Origin: an uncultured Anaerolineaceae bacterium
Lineage (GTDB): Bacteria; Chloroflexota; Anaerolineae; Anaerolineales; UBA11579
Length of the DNA: 64,000 nucleotides
Direction: 5' to 3'
Assembly (NCBI GenBank): GCA_964623375.1
Contig: CAZUTS010000004.1
Span: 68,650 to 132,649, forward strand
The position numbers were made by a program, and so were the translations under genes. Positions 19,460 to 29,719 of this stretch are shown piece by piece. Numbering within the stretch: the first letter of the stretch is position 1; every line of letters begins with the position of its first letter. The notes beneath the pieces are model-generated. The model worked only from the letters and a program-made list of their open reading frames with translations, did not search any database and had not been told where the DNA came from.

Positions 19460-20488
19460 ATGCACCCCATTACCTACTTTTATCCCGAAGGGCACGCCGC
19501 CCACGCCCAACCCAGCCACCCGGAGCGTCCACAGCGCGTCGAAACCATCCGCCAGGCGCTGGAGCACAGCGGGCTTTGGCAACAGGGCAGCCAGGCGACG
19601 GCCGAAGCGTTGCCAGCCGGGCTGCTGGAGCGCGTGCACAGCGCCGAGATGCTGCATGCCATCCAGCAACACAGCCAGCACGAGCGCAACCTGGATGCGG
19701 ATACCTTCACCACGAAGCAGAGCTGGGCACAGGCACAAATAGCCGCCCAGGGCGCGGTGGCGGTGGCACGCAGTGTGTGGCGCGGCGAAGCGCAAACGGG
19801 TTTTGCGCTGAGCCGCCCGCCCGGCCACCACGCCACGCGCAGCCAGCCGATGGGCTTTTGCCTGCTGAACAACGTAGCCATCGCCGCGGAATATTTGCTG
19901 CAGCACGAAGGGATTACCCGTTTAGCCATTCTGGATATGGATGTGCATCACGGCAACGGCACCCAAGACATCTTCTACGCACGCAATGATGTGCTGTTTT
20001 GCAACACGCAACAGCTGCCACTATGGCCCGGCAGCGGCCGCCTGGAAGAACGCGGCACGGGCGCGGGCCTGGGCTTCACCGCCAACCTGCCCCTGCCGCC
20101 GGGCAGCGGCGACGCCGCCTTTGCCGCCGCCTACGGCGAGCTATTTCCTAAACTGCTGGATGAGTTCAAACCAGAAATGCTGTTGGTGAGCTTTGGTTTT
20201 GATTCACACTGGAAGGATCCGTTGGCCAATCTGCAAGTGAGCGCGGCGGGCTACGGAGATGCGGTGGCTTCATTACGCGCCTGGGCTGATGCATACTGTG
20301 ACGGGAAGATCGCCCTCATCCTGGAAGGCGGCTACGACCTTGAAGCCGCGGCAGCCTGCGGCCAGGCAGCCGTGCAAGCGCTGCTGGGTTTAGAGATCAG
20401 CGATGCCGCAGGCCCTTCGCCGTATGCCGAGGGCAAGGAGTGGCAGGCGGTTTTAGATAAAGCTCGAACGGAATGGATCCACAGATGA
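19460..20488 (+). CDS. Histone deacetylase-family (AcuC / acetylpolyamine amidohydrolase-like) protein
   Basis: RPPGHHA and DMDVHHGNGTQ zinc/active-site motifs. Confidence 0.88.
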   Translation: MHPITYFYPEGHAAHAQPSHPERPQRVETIRQALEHSGLWQQGSQATAEALPAGLLERVHSAEMLHAIQQHSQHERNLDADTFTTKQSWAQAQIAAQGAVAVARSVWRGEAQTGFALSRPPGHHATRSQPMGFCLLNNVAIAAEYLLQHEGITRLAILDMDVHHGNGTQDIFYARNDVLFCNTQQLPLWPGSGRLEERGTGAGLGFTANLPLPPGSGDAAFAAAYGELFPKLLDEFKPEMLLVSFGFDSHWKDPLANLQVSAAGYGDAVASLRAWADAYCDGKIALILEGGYDLEAAAACGQAAVQALLGLEISDAAGPSPYAEGKEWQAVLDKARTEWIHR

Positions 20489-20566
20489 ACACAGATTTTT
20501 ACTACAGATAAAAACTGATAAAGCAGTATCCGCATTTATCTTTTGAACATCTGTGTTCATCTGTGG
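20479..20566. repeat. Family-B palindromic element, complete copy
   Basis: CCACAGATGAACACAGAT (20479-20496) is the exact reverse complement of ATCTGTGTTCATCTGTGG (20549-20566). The left arm contains the TGA stop of ORF 19460-20488. Confidence 0.85.
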
Positions 20567-20585
20567 ACAAGCATAAGGAGTCAAC

Positions 20586-21515
20586 ATGGAACTTTCCATC
20601 ATGATCGAAGGGCAAGACGGGCTGAACTGGACGCGCTGGCAACGCCTGGCCACCGCTGTTGAAGATTTTGGTTTCGCGGGCCTCTATCGCAGCGACCATT
20701 ACACCAACGCCAGCGCGCCCGAGAAAGACTCGCTGGAGCTGTGGGTCTCGCTGACCTGGCTGGCCAGCCACACCAAGCGCATTCACTTCGGCCCGCTGGT
20801 CTCGCCGTTCTCCTTCCGCCACCCCGCGCTGACGGCGCGCATGGGCGCCGCCGTGGACGATCTCAGCGGCGGGCGGCTGGTGCTCGGCCTCGGCGCAGGC
20901 TGGCAAGTGCGCGAGCATGAGATGTTTGGCATCGACCTGCTCGAGATGTCGGCACGCATGCGCCGCTTCGAAGAAGGCCTGGAAATCGTCAGCCGCTTAC
21001 TGAAAAGCGATACACCCGTGGACTATGAGGGCGCGTATTACCAACTCAAAGAAGCCGCCCTGCTGCCCCACCCGCAGCGCCCCGGCGGCCCACCGATCCT
21101 GGTGGGCGGCAACGGCAAGCAGCGCACGCTCAAGCTGGCCGCCAAATACGCCAGCGAATGGAACGGTGTGGGCCTGACGGCTGACGCCTATGCCGAGCGC
21201 GTGCCGCTGTTGGCGCAGTATTTGGAACACGAAGGCCGCCAAGCCAGCGCAGTCAAGCGCAGCGTGATGGTGCGCGGCATCTTTGGCCGCACGGCCACCG
21301 AACTGGCCAGCAAGCTGGCCGCCACGCCCTTCACGGCTGAGGACTGGCGCACCCGCGGCGCGCTTGTAGGCGAAGCTGGCCAACTGAGCGAGCAGTTGGC
21401 AGTGCTGGCCGCGGCCGGCTGCCAGCAGGTGATGCTGCAATGGATTGACCAGGATGACATCGAAGGGTTGGAAGCGCTGGCCAAGGATGTGCTGCCGCAG
21501 GTAGCCGCGCTCTAG
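20586..21515 (+). CDS. Luciferase-like monooxygenase (LLM) family flavin/F420-dependent oxidoreductase
   Basis: N-terminus and overall pattern (FGFAGLYRSDH, GGRLVLGLGAGW) typical of the LLM class. AAGGAG SD. Confidence 0.8.
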   Translation: MELSIMIEGQDGLNWTRWQRLATAVEDFGFAGLYRSDHYTNASAPEKDSLELWVSLTWLASHTKRIHFGPLVSPFSFRHPALTARMGAAVDDLSGGRLVLGLGAGWQVREHEMFGIDLLEMSARMRRFEEGLEIVSRLLKSDTPVDYEGAYYQLKEAALLPHPQRPGGPPILVGGNGKQRTLKLAAKYASEWNGVGLTADAYAERVPLLAQYLEHEGRQASAVKRSVMVRGIFGRTATELASKLAATPFTAEDWRTRGALVGEAGQLSEQLAVLAAAGCQQVMLQWIDQDDIEGLEALAKDVLPQVAAL

Positions 21516-21524
21516 GAGGAACAC

Positions 21525-22037
21525 ATGAAGGTATCCGAAGCTATTCGGCGCAAACGCGCCATACGAGACTTTACCGATGAACCGCTGCCGGACGAAGTGG
21601 CCACGGCCATCTTGAAAGCCGGCCGTCGCTCGCAGTCTTCAAAGAACCGGCAGGCCTGGCGCTTCATCGCCATCCGCGAACGCGACACGCTGCGCCAGCT
21701 CAGCAAGCTGGGCCAGTTTGCCGGGCACCTGGCCGGCGCGGCAATGGGCGTACTCATCCTCACGCCACCGCCGGAGAAGTTCTACGGCGCCCTGTTCGAT
21801 GCTGGGCAGGCGGCGGCCTACATGCAGCTAGCGGCTACCGAGCTGGGCGTGGGCTCATGCCTGGCTACCCTGTACGAGAGCGAGAAAGTCTCCGCCCTGC
21901 TGGGCATCCCAGAGGATTGGCAAGCGTTGATGGCCATCTCGTTTGGCTATCCGGCGGAGAAAGAGAAACTGCGCCTGGCCAAGCTGCTGCGCGGCCGCAA
22001 AGATTTTGACGAAGTGGTGAAGTGGGAGAGGTGGTGA
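21525..22037 (+). CDS. Nitroreductase family protein
   Basis: AIRRKRAIRDFTDEPL N-terminus and SSKNRQAWRF motif typical of the nitroreductase fold. Starts 9 nt after the LLM gene. Confidence 0.85.
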   Translation: MKVSEAIRRKRAIRDFTDEPLPDEVATAILKAGRRSQSSKNRQAWRFIAIRERDTLRQLSKLGQFAGHLAGAAMGVLILTPPPEKFYGALFDAGQAAAYMQLAATELGVGSCLATLYESEKVSALLGIPEDWQALMAISFGYPAEKEKLRLAKLLRGRKDFDEVVKWERW

Positions 22038-22086
22038 GGAAAAGTGGAGATTGGAGATTGGCGTAGGACAAAGCTCTACTTTCTAA

Positions 22087-22632
22087 CTACGAACCGCCCT
22101 TCTCCTCCATCTTGCGTAAAATCCGTTCGACGGTTTGGGGAGTACGTGAGGTGATCTCTTTGCCATACTGCCGTTCCAACCAACCGCCGGGGTCTCCCGG
22201 CGCAGTCGTATCGGTAACACTGAACAGCGCGCCATTGGCATAGTGCACAAAGCGGAACGGCTTACCCTCGGGTCTGTGCGGCAACGTAAAGCCCAATCTG
22301 GGGCGGTGTTTGAAGAAGGTCACCAGCAAGTATGACCTGCCGCCGTGCGCAATGCCGGCAAACGGATCGGCAGCCAACAATTTCGTCAACTCCTTCTGGC
22401 TCCTGATGATCGTAGTTGCCTTGAAACCGAGTCTCTTTGGCCAGGCAGCCTCCAGTTCACTCTCCCACGCCTTCACATCCGGCGTCTGCGCCTCGAAAAT
22501 GATGTTGCCGCTGGAGAGCACGGATCGCACGCCTGAAAACCCCAGCGCCTCAAACACACCGCGCAGATCTGCATTCTTCATATTAGGGAATGCGGGAGCG
22601 ATACCGCGCAGCAGCGCAGCGTAGGTAGCCAT
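22087..22632 (-). CDS. DUF1697 domain protein
   Basis: MATYAALLRGI...MKNADLRGVFEALGFSGVRSVLSSGNIIF matches the DUF1697 N-terminal pattern as I recall it. Confidence 0.7.
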   Translation of the reverse strand: MATYAALLRGIAPAFPNMKNADLRGVFEALGFSGVRSVLSSGNIIFEAQTPDVKAWESELEAAWPKRLGFKATTIIRSQKELTKLLAADPFAGIAHGGRSYLLVTFFKHRPRLGFTLPHRPEGKPFRFVHYANGALFSVTDTTAPGDPGGWLERQYGKEITSRTPQTVERILRKMEEKGGS

Positions 22633-22637
22633 GTTGC

Positions 22638-23390
22638 TTAGTTGTAATCTTCTTCGATGTGTTTAAGCGCCATCTCGAAGGGCTGTGTGGTTAGCTGCAT
22701 GCTGCCCTTGAAGGGATTGTCCAGCTCTTCGATGAGTTGAAAGACCATGGCCTGCAGGAAACCGATGACAAAGGCGGAGAACAGACCATAGAATGCCACT
22801 TCAAACGGCATGAGCAGGAACGTGACCAGCGCAAAGGATGAGGCGAGGTAAATAAAGTACTTGAGGAAGCGCGGCAAGCGGTTGCGGCTTTCATTGGTGC
22901 GTTCAGTGCGTAGCAAGGCCAGCTCGCCATAATGCTCGACGATCTGCTCGAACACAATCGAGTCGTGATCATCGTCAAAGTCCACACTCTGGATAACTTC
23001 GGAGATCTTGCGCAGCGCCAGGCCGCTCTTGGCATTGCGCTTGCCTTGCGCCAACAGGCGAAATTTGCCCTCTACGATGTGCTCGATGTACTCGCGGATT
23101 CCCTGTTCTATACGCTGCGTAAATTCAGGGTCACGGAAATAGAGGCTGAGACGGAAGAGTTGCTCAAGGGCTTGTGCTTCTTTGCCAATCAACGCAGAGA
23201 TACGGTTGTACTGGCTCCACACTTCAAAGACGACGAAAGCCGCCAGAATACCGTACAGCGTGCCGAAGACGCCCAAAAAAGCGCTCAGGCCGCCTAGATC
23301 ATTGATGAATTGAGGGGTGTTCAGATGGATACGCGCCGCCCAGTACAAAACGGCGCACACAAAGCCGAATAAGAACGAGCGCAAGAGCAT
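22638..23390 (-). CDS. Membrane protein, DUF4239-like (tentative)
   Basis: N- and C-terminal TM helices flank a helical soluble region. ATG 23390 is chosen over 23438 from the -10 spacing. The family call is tentative. Confidence 0.65.
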   Translation of the reverse strand: MLLRSFLFGFVCAVLYWAARIHLNTPQFINDLGGLSAFLGVFGTLYGILAAFVVFEVWSQYNRISALIGKEAQALEQLFRLSLYFRDPEFTQRIEQGIREYIEHIVEGKFRLLAQGKRNAKSGLALRKISEVIQSVDFDDDHDSIVFEQIVEHYGELALLRTERTNESRNRLPRFLKYFIYLASSFALVTFLLMPFEVAFYGLFSAFVIGFLQAMVFQLIEELDNPFKGSMQLTTQPFEMALKHIEEDYN

Positions 23391-23395
23391 GTTGT

Positions 23396-23401
23396 ATTGT
23401 A
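23396..23401 (-). promoter_or_regulatory. -10 box (TACAAT) of a putative leaderless promoter
   Basis: The minus strand reads TACAAT-ACAAC-ATG (ATG 23390). No SD. Confidence 0.35.
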
Positions 23402-23546
23402 CACAGCTTTGCTGCACACCGCGGTAAGTGCCGCGCAAGGCACCTGCGAAAGCACGAAAATGCCTCGGCGCAACCTAGCTCAGGTGAGGGCGAGCGTGAC
23501 GGACTAGCACACCCGCCCTCCTGAGGAGGAGCAAGATGCCGCCGCG

Positions 23547-23990
23547 TTAGACAGCGGCAACTGCTACGGGCTCTGTATCCAGCAGGCGCATGAACGCACG
23601 GAAGATATCCGATTCCGTGATGATGCCAACGAGCGCACCATCCGCCACCACTGGCAGAGCTCCGATCTTATGCTGCAGCATGAGGCGGGCGGCCTCAGTG
23701 AGTGCCGTGTCTGGCGTGACGGTGAAGGGCTTCTTCGTCATCAGCTTCTCCACGCCCAGGCGCTGCAGCAAGTAAGTGATTTCATGAATGCTGAGCCCGG
23801 TGGCCTCAGACGGCCCGGCCTCACGCAAATCGCCATAGGTAACAATGCCTACCAAGCGGCCATCTTCCACTACCGGCAAGCGGCGAATGTGTTGCGCGCG
23901 CATCAACGCGGTAGCCTCGGGCAGCGTGGTGCCGGGTTCCACCGTCACCAACTCTGTGGTCATCCAATCTGCAACTTTGTGTGTTTTCAT
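23547..23990 (-). CDS. CBS domain pair protein
   Basis: Two CBS repeats (HIRRLPVVEDGRLVGIVT, HKIGALPVVADGALVGIIT). AAGGAGGAGG SD before ATG 23990. Confidence 0.85.
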   Translation of the reverse strand: MKTHKVADWMTTELVTVEPGTTLPEATALMRAQHIRRLPVVEDGRLVGIVTYGDLREAGPSEATGLSIHEITYLLQRLGVEKLMTKKPFTVTPDTALTEAARLMLQHKIGALPVVADGALVGIITESDIFRAFMRLLDTEPVAVAAV

Positions 23991-24068
23991 ACTCCGCCTC
24001 CTCCTTACGCCCATACTTTACGGCGTGCGGCAAGTGGCCAGTAGATACAAATGTCCCGTAAATGTCAC

Positions 24069-24091
24069 AAAAAAGCCGAGCAATGCTCGGC
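24069..24091 (-). terminator. Intrinsic terminator of the polyprenyl synthase operon
   Basis: The minus strand reads GCCGAGC-att-GCTCGGC followed by TTTTTT. Confidence 0.75.
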
Positions 24092-24114
24092 CTTTGCGTA
24101 TACAAGGAATCTGG

Positions 24115-25080
24115 CTAGTTAAGACGCTGGACCACGTATTCGGCCAGCTCAGCCAAGCCATCACGCTCGGCACAGGCCGGCATGGGCAGCAGCGAATCTT
24201 GCGCCAGGCGCACATAGCGGTGCGCTTCTTCGTGCGCCTGCTGCACCGCCCCACTCTGGCGAATATCGTCGATCAGCGCTTCCATACGCTCTTCTTGCAG
24301 CACTTCGCCATTGAGCAGCGCTTGCATGCGCTCGTCGTCTGGTTGGCTTTGGAGGAAATACAGCGTGGGCAAGGTGAACAAGCCATGGCGCAGGTCACTG
24401 GCTACTGGCTTGCCGAGCGTGCTCTCATCGGAAGAGAAATCCAGCACATCATCCACCACCTGGAAGGCCATGCCGATGCTGTTGCCGTAGGTATTGAGCA
24501 GCTCGCCATATTGCGGGAACACACCGGCCAGATGGGCAGGCGCCTTGGCGGCTAGCTCAAACATGGAGGCCGTCTTGGCGTATATACGCAGGTTGTATTC
24601 CTCACGCGTGGGGAAGGTGTTGCGGGTGAAGAGCTGATTGACCTCACCATTGACGATAATGGAGAGGGTCTTGGCAAACATCTGCATCACTTCAACAGAT
24701 TCAGCCTGCGAGCCCAGCCAGGCCGCCTGCGAGAACAGGAAATCGCCAGCCAGGATAGTGGCAGCCGAGTTCCACAGCGCGTTCAGGGTGGGCTCGCCAC
24801 GGCGCAAAGTGGCGCCGTCAATCAGATCATCGTGCACCAAGGTGGCGGTGTGCAGCATCTCGACCGCGGCGGCCACGGTGACCGCATGCGGATGCGGCGC
24901 ATTGAGCATGCCCGCCACCAGCAAGGTGACCGTAGGGCGCACGCGCTTGCCGCCGGAGTTAAGCAATTGCTCCAAGGCATAGGCTAACTCAGGGTGGTAG
25001 CCATCCGCCACACGGCGCATGCGCTCCTCTACCTCAGGAAGTTGGGTCTGCACTTGAGCGTGAAAATCCAGCATGGTCAT
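24115..25080 (-). CDS. Polyprenyl diphosphate synthase (trans-isoprenyl, hepta/octaprenyl-type)
   Basis: First and second Asp-rich motifs LVHDDLID and VVDDVLDF. Confidence 0.9.
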   Translation of the reverse strand: MTMLDFHAQVQTQLPEVEERMRRVADGYHPELAYALEQLLNSGGKRVRPTVTLLVAGMLNAPHPHAVTVAAAVEMLHTATLVHDDLIDGATLRRGEPTLNALWNSAATILAGDFLFSQAAWLGSQAESVEVMQMFAKTLSIIVNGEVNQLFTRNTFPTREEYNLRIYAKTASMFELAAKAPAHLAGVFPQYGELLNTYGNSIGMAFQVVDDVLDFSSDESTLGKPVASDLRHGLFTLPTLYFLQSQPDDERMQALLNGEVLQEERMEALIDDIRQSGAVQQAHEEAHRYVRLAQDSLLPMPACAERDGLAELAEYVVQRLN

Positions 25081-25883
25081 TGCTGTGCCTCTATACCAAA
25101 CAAGTAGCGAGCGTTGGCGGTGGTTGCGGCCGCCACGTCTTCGACAGGCAGCCCTTTGAGCTCGGCGAGCTTCTCTGCCACCAGATTAACGCGGGCTGGC
25201 TCGTTACGCTGGCCGCGTTGCGGGTGTGGCGAGAGATAAGGGCTGTCTGTTTCAACCAAGATGCGCTCCAGGGGAACCTGGCGCGCAATAGATTGCAATT
25301 CGGTGGCCTTTTTGAACGTCAGTGGGCCAGTGAAACCAAGAAAGTAGCCAGCGGCCAGCGCCTTGTCGGCGACGGCCTGGTCAGCCGAGAAGGAGTGCAG
25401 CACGCCCGGGCGCTCGGCCAGCAGGCTGCTGCTGGCTTTCAGCTGCGCCTGCCAATCAAGCAAAATAGCCAGCAAGTCTTCGCTGGCTTCACGGTTATGC
25501 ACAATCACCGGCAATTCCATCTCTGCGGCCAATTCTAACTGAGCTTGCAGCACTTTTTGCTGAACATCATGCGGTGCATCGTCCCAGTAATAATCCAAAC
25601 CAATTTCGCCGATCGCCTGCACCTTGGGTTGCGCGGCCAGGCCGCGCAATTCAGCAGCACTGTACTCACCCCATAGCAAGCTGCTGTTGGGGTGCACACC
25701 CACGGCGGCATATACCGCGGCCTGCTGCTGCGCCAGGGCCACTACGCCCTGGGCATTGGCAAGGTCTATACTCGGGTTCAGCATCACTTCCACGCCTGCC
25801 TCCTGTGCTCGGGCGATCACTTCAGCCCGATCGTGATCAAAGGCGTCAAAGTCTAAATGGCAGTGCGTATCGATCAGCGCCAT
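25077..25883 (-). CDS. tatD: TatD-family metal-dependent hydrolase (DNase)
   Basis: LIDTHCHLDF N-terminus and ETDSPYL motif. 4-nt overlap with the downstream synthase gene. Confidence 0.9.
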   Translation of the reverse strand: MALIDTHCHLDFDAFDHDRAEVIARAQEAGVEVMLNPSIDLANAQGVVALAQQQAAVYAAVGVHPNSSLLWGEYSAAELRGLAAQPKVQAIGEIGLDYYWDDAPHDVQQKVLQAQLELAAEMELPVIVHNREASEDLLAILLDWQAQLKASSSLLAERPGVLHSFSADQAVADKALAAGYFLGFTGPLTFKKATELQSIARQVPLERILVETDSPYLSPHPQRGQRNEPARVNLVAEKLAELKGLPVEDVAAATTANARYLFGIEAQQ

Positions 25884-25890
25884 TTAGGAT

Positions 25891-27312
25891 CTAGCTAATG
25901 CCTGCAAGTCGCAAGCCATCCTGCAAGATGGCCTGCACTTTATCTCCATGTGTAGTTTCGCAGTACACACGTATCTTGGGCTCAGTACCGGAGAAGCGCA
26001 CCAGCAGCCAGCCACCGTCTTCCAAGTTGAACTTGAACCCATCAGTAGAGTCCAGCCCCGTCACTTTCAAGCCGCCGATGGTTTCAGGGTTGGCTTTGAG
26101 CACCATCTGCTCCACGGCAGCACGGTCACCCTCAAACAGGCTGTCAATGCGGTCATAGTAGTGCGCGCCCACTTTGGCGAACAGCCACTCGATGAGCTCA
26201 GTGGGCTTCTTGTTGAGCTTGACCATCAGATCCAGAATGTATAGCCCCGCCAGAATGCCGTCACGCTCAGGCACATTGCCGCGGAAGGCATAGCCGCCCG
26301 ACTCTTCGCCGCCGATCATGGCATCCACTTCCATCATCTTGGGGGCCACATACTTGAAGCCCACACCGGTATCGTAGACCGGCACATCGTAGATCTTGCC
26401 CAGCTTATTGAGCATGGTGGTGGTGGAGAGCGTCTTGACGATGGGGCCGCGCTCGCCGCGCACTTCAAGCATGTAGTAGGCCAGCAAGCCAAAGGCGCGC
26501 AACTGGTCAATGAATTGACCCTTCTCATCGCCCAGGCCCATGCGGTCAGCATCACCATCAGTGATGAGCAGCACATCGGCATTGTTGGCCACAGTGGCGG
26601 CCAGGCCGGCATCCACATTCGGCTGAATGGGTTCGGGGCGCTGCATCTCGGGATAGACCGGGTTGCGCTGGTTGTGAATCTCGATCACGCGCGTCTTGCC
26701 GCCTGCCAGCAAACGCGGGAACCAGCCGGCGCCGTTGCCCCACATGGTATCGACCATGACCGTGAAGCCAGCGTCCTTGATGGGCTGCAGGTCAATCAGG
26801 TCTTGCAGGTGCTCAATGTATTTGGGCGCGGCATCAAAGAGTTCGATCAGGCCCTGTGCCTGGGCATCTTCAAAATCCATCGTGCTGACGCCAGCCACGG
26901 TGTCTGGAATGGCCGCTTCGATCTCGGCCAAGCCTTCAGGGTCAATGGCGCCACCATTCTCATCACGCACCTTGAACCCGTTATCGGTCGGAGGATTATG
27001 CGAAGCGGTGATGTTAATGGCGCCGCCCGCCTTCTGCGTGAGCACGGCGTAGGCGATCACCGGCGTGGGCGTAGCGTCTTGGGTGAGATAGGCCTTGATG
27101 CCGTTGCCCGCCAATACACAAGCGACTGCGGCAGCAAAGTTCTCCGAGTGGAAGCGCTTGTCATAGCCCACCACTACGCCCATGGCTGTCTTGTTGTGGT
27201 TCTTAATGTAGGTTGCGTAGCCCTGGGCTGCGCGCTGGACCGCATCAAAAGTGTAATCCTTGGCAATTACGCCACGCCACCCGTCGGTTCCAAAGCGGAT
27301 ATCTTTGGCCAT
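25891..27312 (-). CDS. Phosphoglucomutase/phosphomannomutase (alpha-D-phosphohexomutase)
   Basis: TASHNP phosphoserine loop and TDGDADR Mg loop. Confidence 0.9.
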   Translation of the reverse strand: MAKDIRFGTDGWRGVIAKDYTFDAVQRAAQGYATYIKNHNKTAMGVVVGYDKRFHSENFAAAVACVLAGNGIKAYLTQDATPTPVIAYAVLTQKAGGAINITASHNPPTDNGFKVRDENGGAIDPEGLAEIEAAIPDTVAGVSTMDFEDAQAQGLIELFDAAPKYIEHLQDLIDLQPIKDAGFTVMVDTMWGNGAGWFPRLLAGGKTRVIEIHNQRNPVYPEMQRPEPIQPNVDAGLAATVANNADVLLITDGDADRMGLGDEKGQFIDQLRAFGLLAYYMLEVRGERGPIVKTLSTTTMLNKLGKIYDVPVYDTGVGFKYVAPKMMEVDAMIGGEESGGYAFRGNVPERDGILAGLYILDLMVKLNKKPTELIEWLFAKVGAHYYDRIDSLFEGDRAAVEQMVLKANPETIGGLKVTGLDSTDGFKFNLEDGGWLLVRFSGTEPKIRVYCETTHGDKVQAILQDGLRLAGIS

Positions 27313-27537
27313 TATCTGATTCCTGTAAATGTGATTTTTAGTACAAGCTAATTATAGCAGAAGGCCTGCACAAACTCAAACACACAAGTAGTTAGACTTG
27401 GGCTGGCTAGCCGGCAAAGCGGTGAACATCGGCTACAGACCCTGCGGCGTCACGCGGTGGTGTTTAACTTCACTCACCATAGCCTCTGACCAGGCGTTTT
27501 GGGCTTTCAGACACGCAAGCCAGACCGGGCTTTCCCG

Positions 27538-27543
27538 TATACT
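27538..27543 (+). promoter_or_regulatory. -10 box (TATACT) of a putative leaderless promoter
   Basis: TATACT-GGCGGGT-ATG (ATG 27551). No SD. Confidence 0.35.
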
Positions 27544-27550
27544 GGCGGGT

Positions 27551-29599
27551 ATGAGCCCTGCATCCCGCCGCCCCACCAAAAACAAGCCCGCACCGCACCG
27601 TAGCCAGAAGCAAGCGGCCAGCCCCAGCCATGCGGCTGGCTGGCTGCAGAGGTTGCCCGCGCTGGCTGGGCCAGCCTTCTGGGTGATGGTGCTGGCTGTG
27701 CTGGCGGTGCGCTTCTGGAAGCTGGAGAGCCTGCAGGCCGAGGTCTTTGGCGACATCAGCACGGCTACCATCTATGTGCGAGACGTGGTCAGCGGCCGCT
27801 GGCCGTTCTATATCCCCCTCAGCACCGGGCCGCTATTCCACTATTTAGCCGCTCCGGCTGCACTGGTAATGGGGCTGACCTACTACAGTCTCAAAGTCAG
27901 CTCGGTACTCATCAGCCTCGGTGCGCTGGCCTTCACCTATGCGCTGGCCCGCCGCCTCATCAATTCCACCTTTGCCACCCTGGCCACATTCATCGCCGGC
28001 ATCTCCTACTGGCTGCTGATCCACAGCCGCCTGGGCAACGTGCCCATCGTGGTGCCGCTGTTGGCCGCTGCGCTAGCTTGGCTGCTGGTGCGCTACATCC
28101 AGCAGCCAGAAAGCCGCTGGCTGCGTTGGGCGACGGTTGTCTCGATCCTGGGGCTGTACACCTACCCCGGCGCCTACATGCTGCCAGCAGCGCTGCTGCT
28201 GGCCATGCTCATTTTGCAGTTCACCGGGCCGCGCGTGCCGGCCGCTGATTGGCTGCGCGTGATCGCCTTGCTCATCCTGTTGGCGCTGCCGTATGCCTGG
28301 ATAGTGTCACAAAATGCGGTGGCCTTCACGTCTGAAGGCTATCTGGGAGGCAAGTTCGTACTGAGCGCCGAGGGCATCGGCCAACTGGCGCAAAACGCGC
28401 TCAAGGCCTTCGCCGCCTACAACATTCGCGGCGACAGTATCAGCCGCGTGAACATCGCCTACCGCCCCCATCTCGACGCAGTCAGCGGCGTGCTCTTCCT
28501 GCTGGGAATGTGGTTCTGGCTGCGCAAACCCCGCCGCCGCGAGGGTCTGATACTGCTGGGTATGTTCGCGCTGCTGCATGTGCCTTCGATGCTAGTGATC
28601 AGCAACAATCACGAGGTGCCCTCGGCCACGCGCACAGTCGGCGCGGCACCGCTGGCGTATGTGTTCGTCGCCAGCGGCATTTGGCAACTGGCCACCTGGC
28701 TGCGCACGCGCGCGAGCCACGCGGTCACCGTGGCGGCTTGCCTCGGTCTTGTGCTGTTCATCACGTTGCTGAATCTTGTGGGCTATTTCGGCGCCTACAT
28801 CACTGGTTTGCCCTACCAAAACACACCGATTGCGCGCCACATCACAGATTACGCCAATCTGTTGCCAGAGGACACGCAGGTCTATCTAGTGAGTTGCTGC
28901 TGGGAGTCGGGCATGCCTGAGCCGATCAGCATTCAAGATGAAATGGACCAGCCAGAGAATTTCCATCACATCCAAGCGGATGAGCTCAGCTGCAGCGCGC
29001 TGGATGCGACCCTGCAGGGCCCGGCGGTGATCGTGTGGAGCTACCGCGAGCCGCTGCCGGCGCCCCAGCTGGAGGCTTGTGCCGAGCGCTTCCCGTCGCA
29101 GCAATTCACCAGCCGCGATAACTTGCCCCTCTTCCATGCCGCGCCAGTGCAAGGCCTGCGCGTGGTGCAACCCAGCGCAGGCTTGGAAGCGCAGTGGGTG
29201 CAATGGAATGAGCAAGCCGTACTGGTCTACTATTCCGCCCTCGACAGCGGGCGCATTGAAGATGTGCTGGATGGCAATTTCGATTCGTTGATGCGTGGCG
29301 CGGGCGATAACCCGCTGGTGCTGGAATTCGAGTTTGACGCCCCAGCGCAAGTGCAAACGCTGGACATCAGTTTGGCGGGCCTGCGCGAATTCGAGGTGCT
29401 GTTGGTGCTCACCTACCCCGACGGCAACACGCATGACATCCATGAGAGCTACAGTGAGATGCCATCTGACCCCACGGTGACGCTACCCCTGCCCAGCATC
29501 GAAGCCGGTGTGAGCAAGCTGCACCTTGAGATCAAAGACCTGGCCCCCGAGCCAGCCAACGGCTATCACATCCACGTGCGTGATGTGGTGCTAGAGTAA
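27551..29599 (+). CDS. Polytopic membrane glycosyltransferase-like protein (ArnT/PMT, GT39/GT83-type) with a C-terminal extracytoplasmic beta-rich domain
   Basis: More than 10 TM helices with an ArnT/PMT-like N-terminal layout, followed by about 250 aa of soluble C-terminus. The family call is by resemblance only. ATG 27551 is preferred over the track start 27398. Confidence 0.6.
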   Translation: MSPASRRPTKNKPAPHRSQKQAASPSHAAGWLQRLPALAGPAFWVMVLAVLAVRFWKLESLQAEVFGDISTATIYVRDVVSGRWPFYIPLSTGPLFHYLAAPAALVMGLTYYSLKVSSVLISLGALAFTYALARRLINSTFATLATFIAGISYWLLIHSRLGNVPIVVPLLAAALAWLLVRYIQQPESRWLRWATVVSILGLYTYPGAYMLPAALLLAMLILQFTGPRVPAADWLRVIALLILLALPYAWIVSQNAVAFTSEGYLGGKFVLSAEGIGQLAQNALKAFAAYNIRGDSISRVNIAYRPHLDAVSGVLFLLGMWFWLRKPRRREGLILLGMFALLHVPSMLVISNNHEVPSATRTVGAAPLAYVFVASGIWQLATWLRTRASHAVTVAACLGLVLFITLLNLVGYFGAYITGLPYQNTPIARHITDYANLLPEDTQVYLVSCCWESGMPEPISIQDEMDQPENFHHIQADELSCSALDATLQGPAVIVWSYREPLPAPQLEACAERFPSQQFTSRDNLPLFHAAPVQGLRVVQPSAGLEAQWVQWNEQAVLVYYSALDSGRIEDVLDGNFDSLMRGAGDNPLVLEFEFDAPAQVQTLDISLAGLREFEVLLVLTYPDGNTHDIHESYSEMPSDPTVTLPLPSIEAGVSKLHLEIKDLAPEPANGYHIHVRDVVLE

Positions 29600-29634
29600 C
29601 CCGCACAACTGGCCTGGCAACATGTAAGTGTCTC

Positions 29635-29688
29635 CCACAGATAAATACAGATAGAAGCAAACCAAACGAAAACTCTGTGACTTTGTGG
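29635..29688. repeat. Family-B element, degenerate copy
   Basis: CCACAGATAAATACAGAT (29635-29652) and a weak opposing arm CTCTGTGACTTTGTGG (29673-29688). Confidence 0.5.
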
Positions 29689-29706
29689 TTCAGCTTTACA
29701 GGCCGC

Positions 29707-29712
29707 TATAAT
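29707..29712 (+). promoter_or_regulatory. -10 box (TATAAT) of a putative leaderless promoter
   Basis: TATAAT-CTCCGCC-ATG (ATG 29720). No SD. Confidence 0.4.
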
Positions 29713-29719
29713 CTCCGCC

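Noticed and set aside
23439-23546. A GC-rich structured spacer: GAGGGCG...CGCCCTC plus CCTCCTGAGGAGG, downstream of the CBS gene.
   Set aside because: The hairpins lack a U-tract and match no riboswitch or RNA family I recognise. The evidence is insufficient to call a feature.
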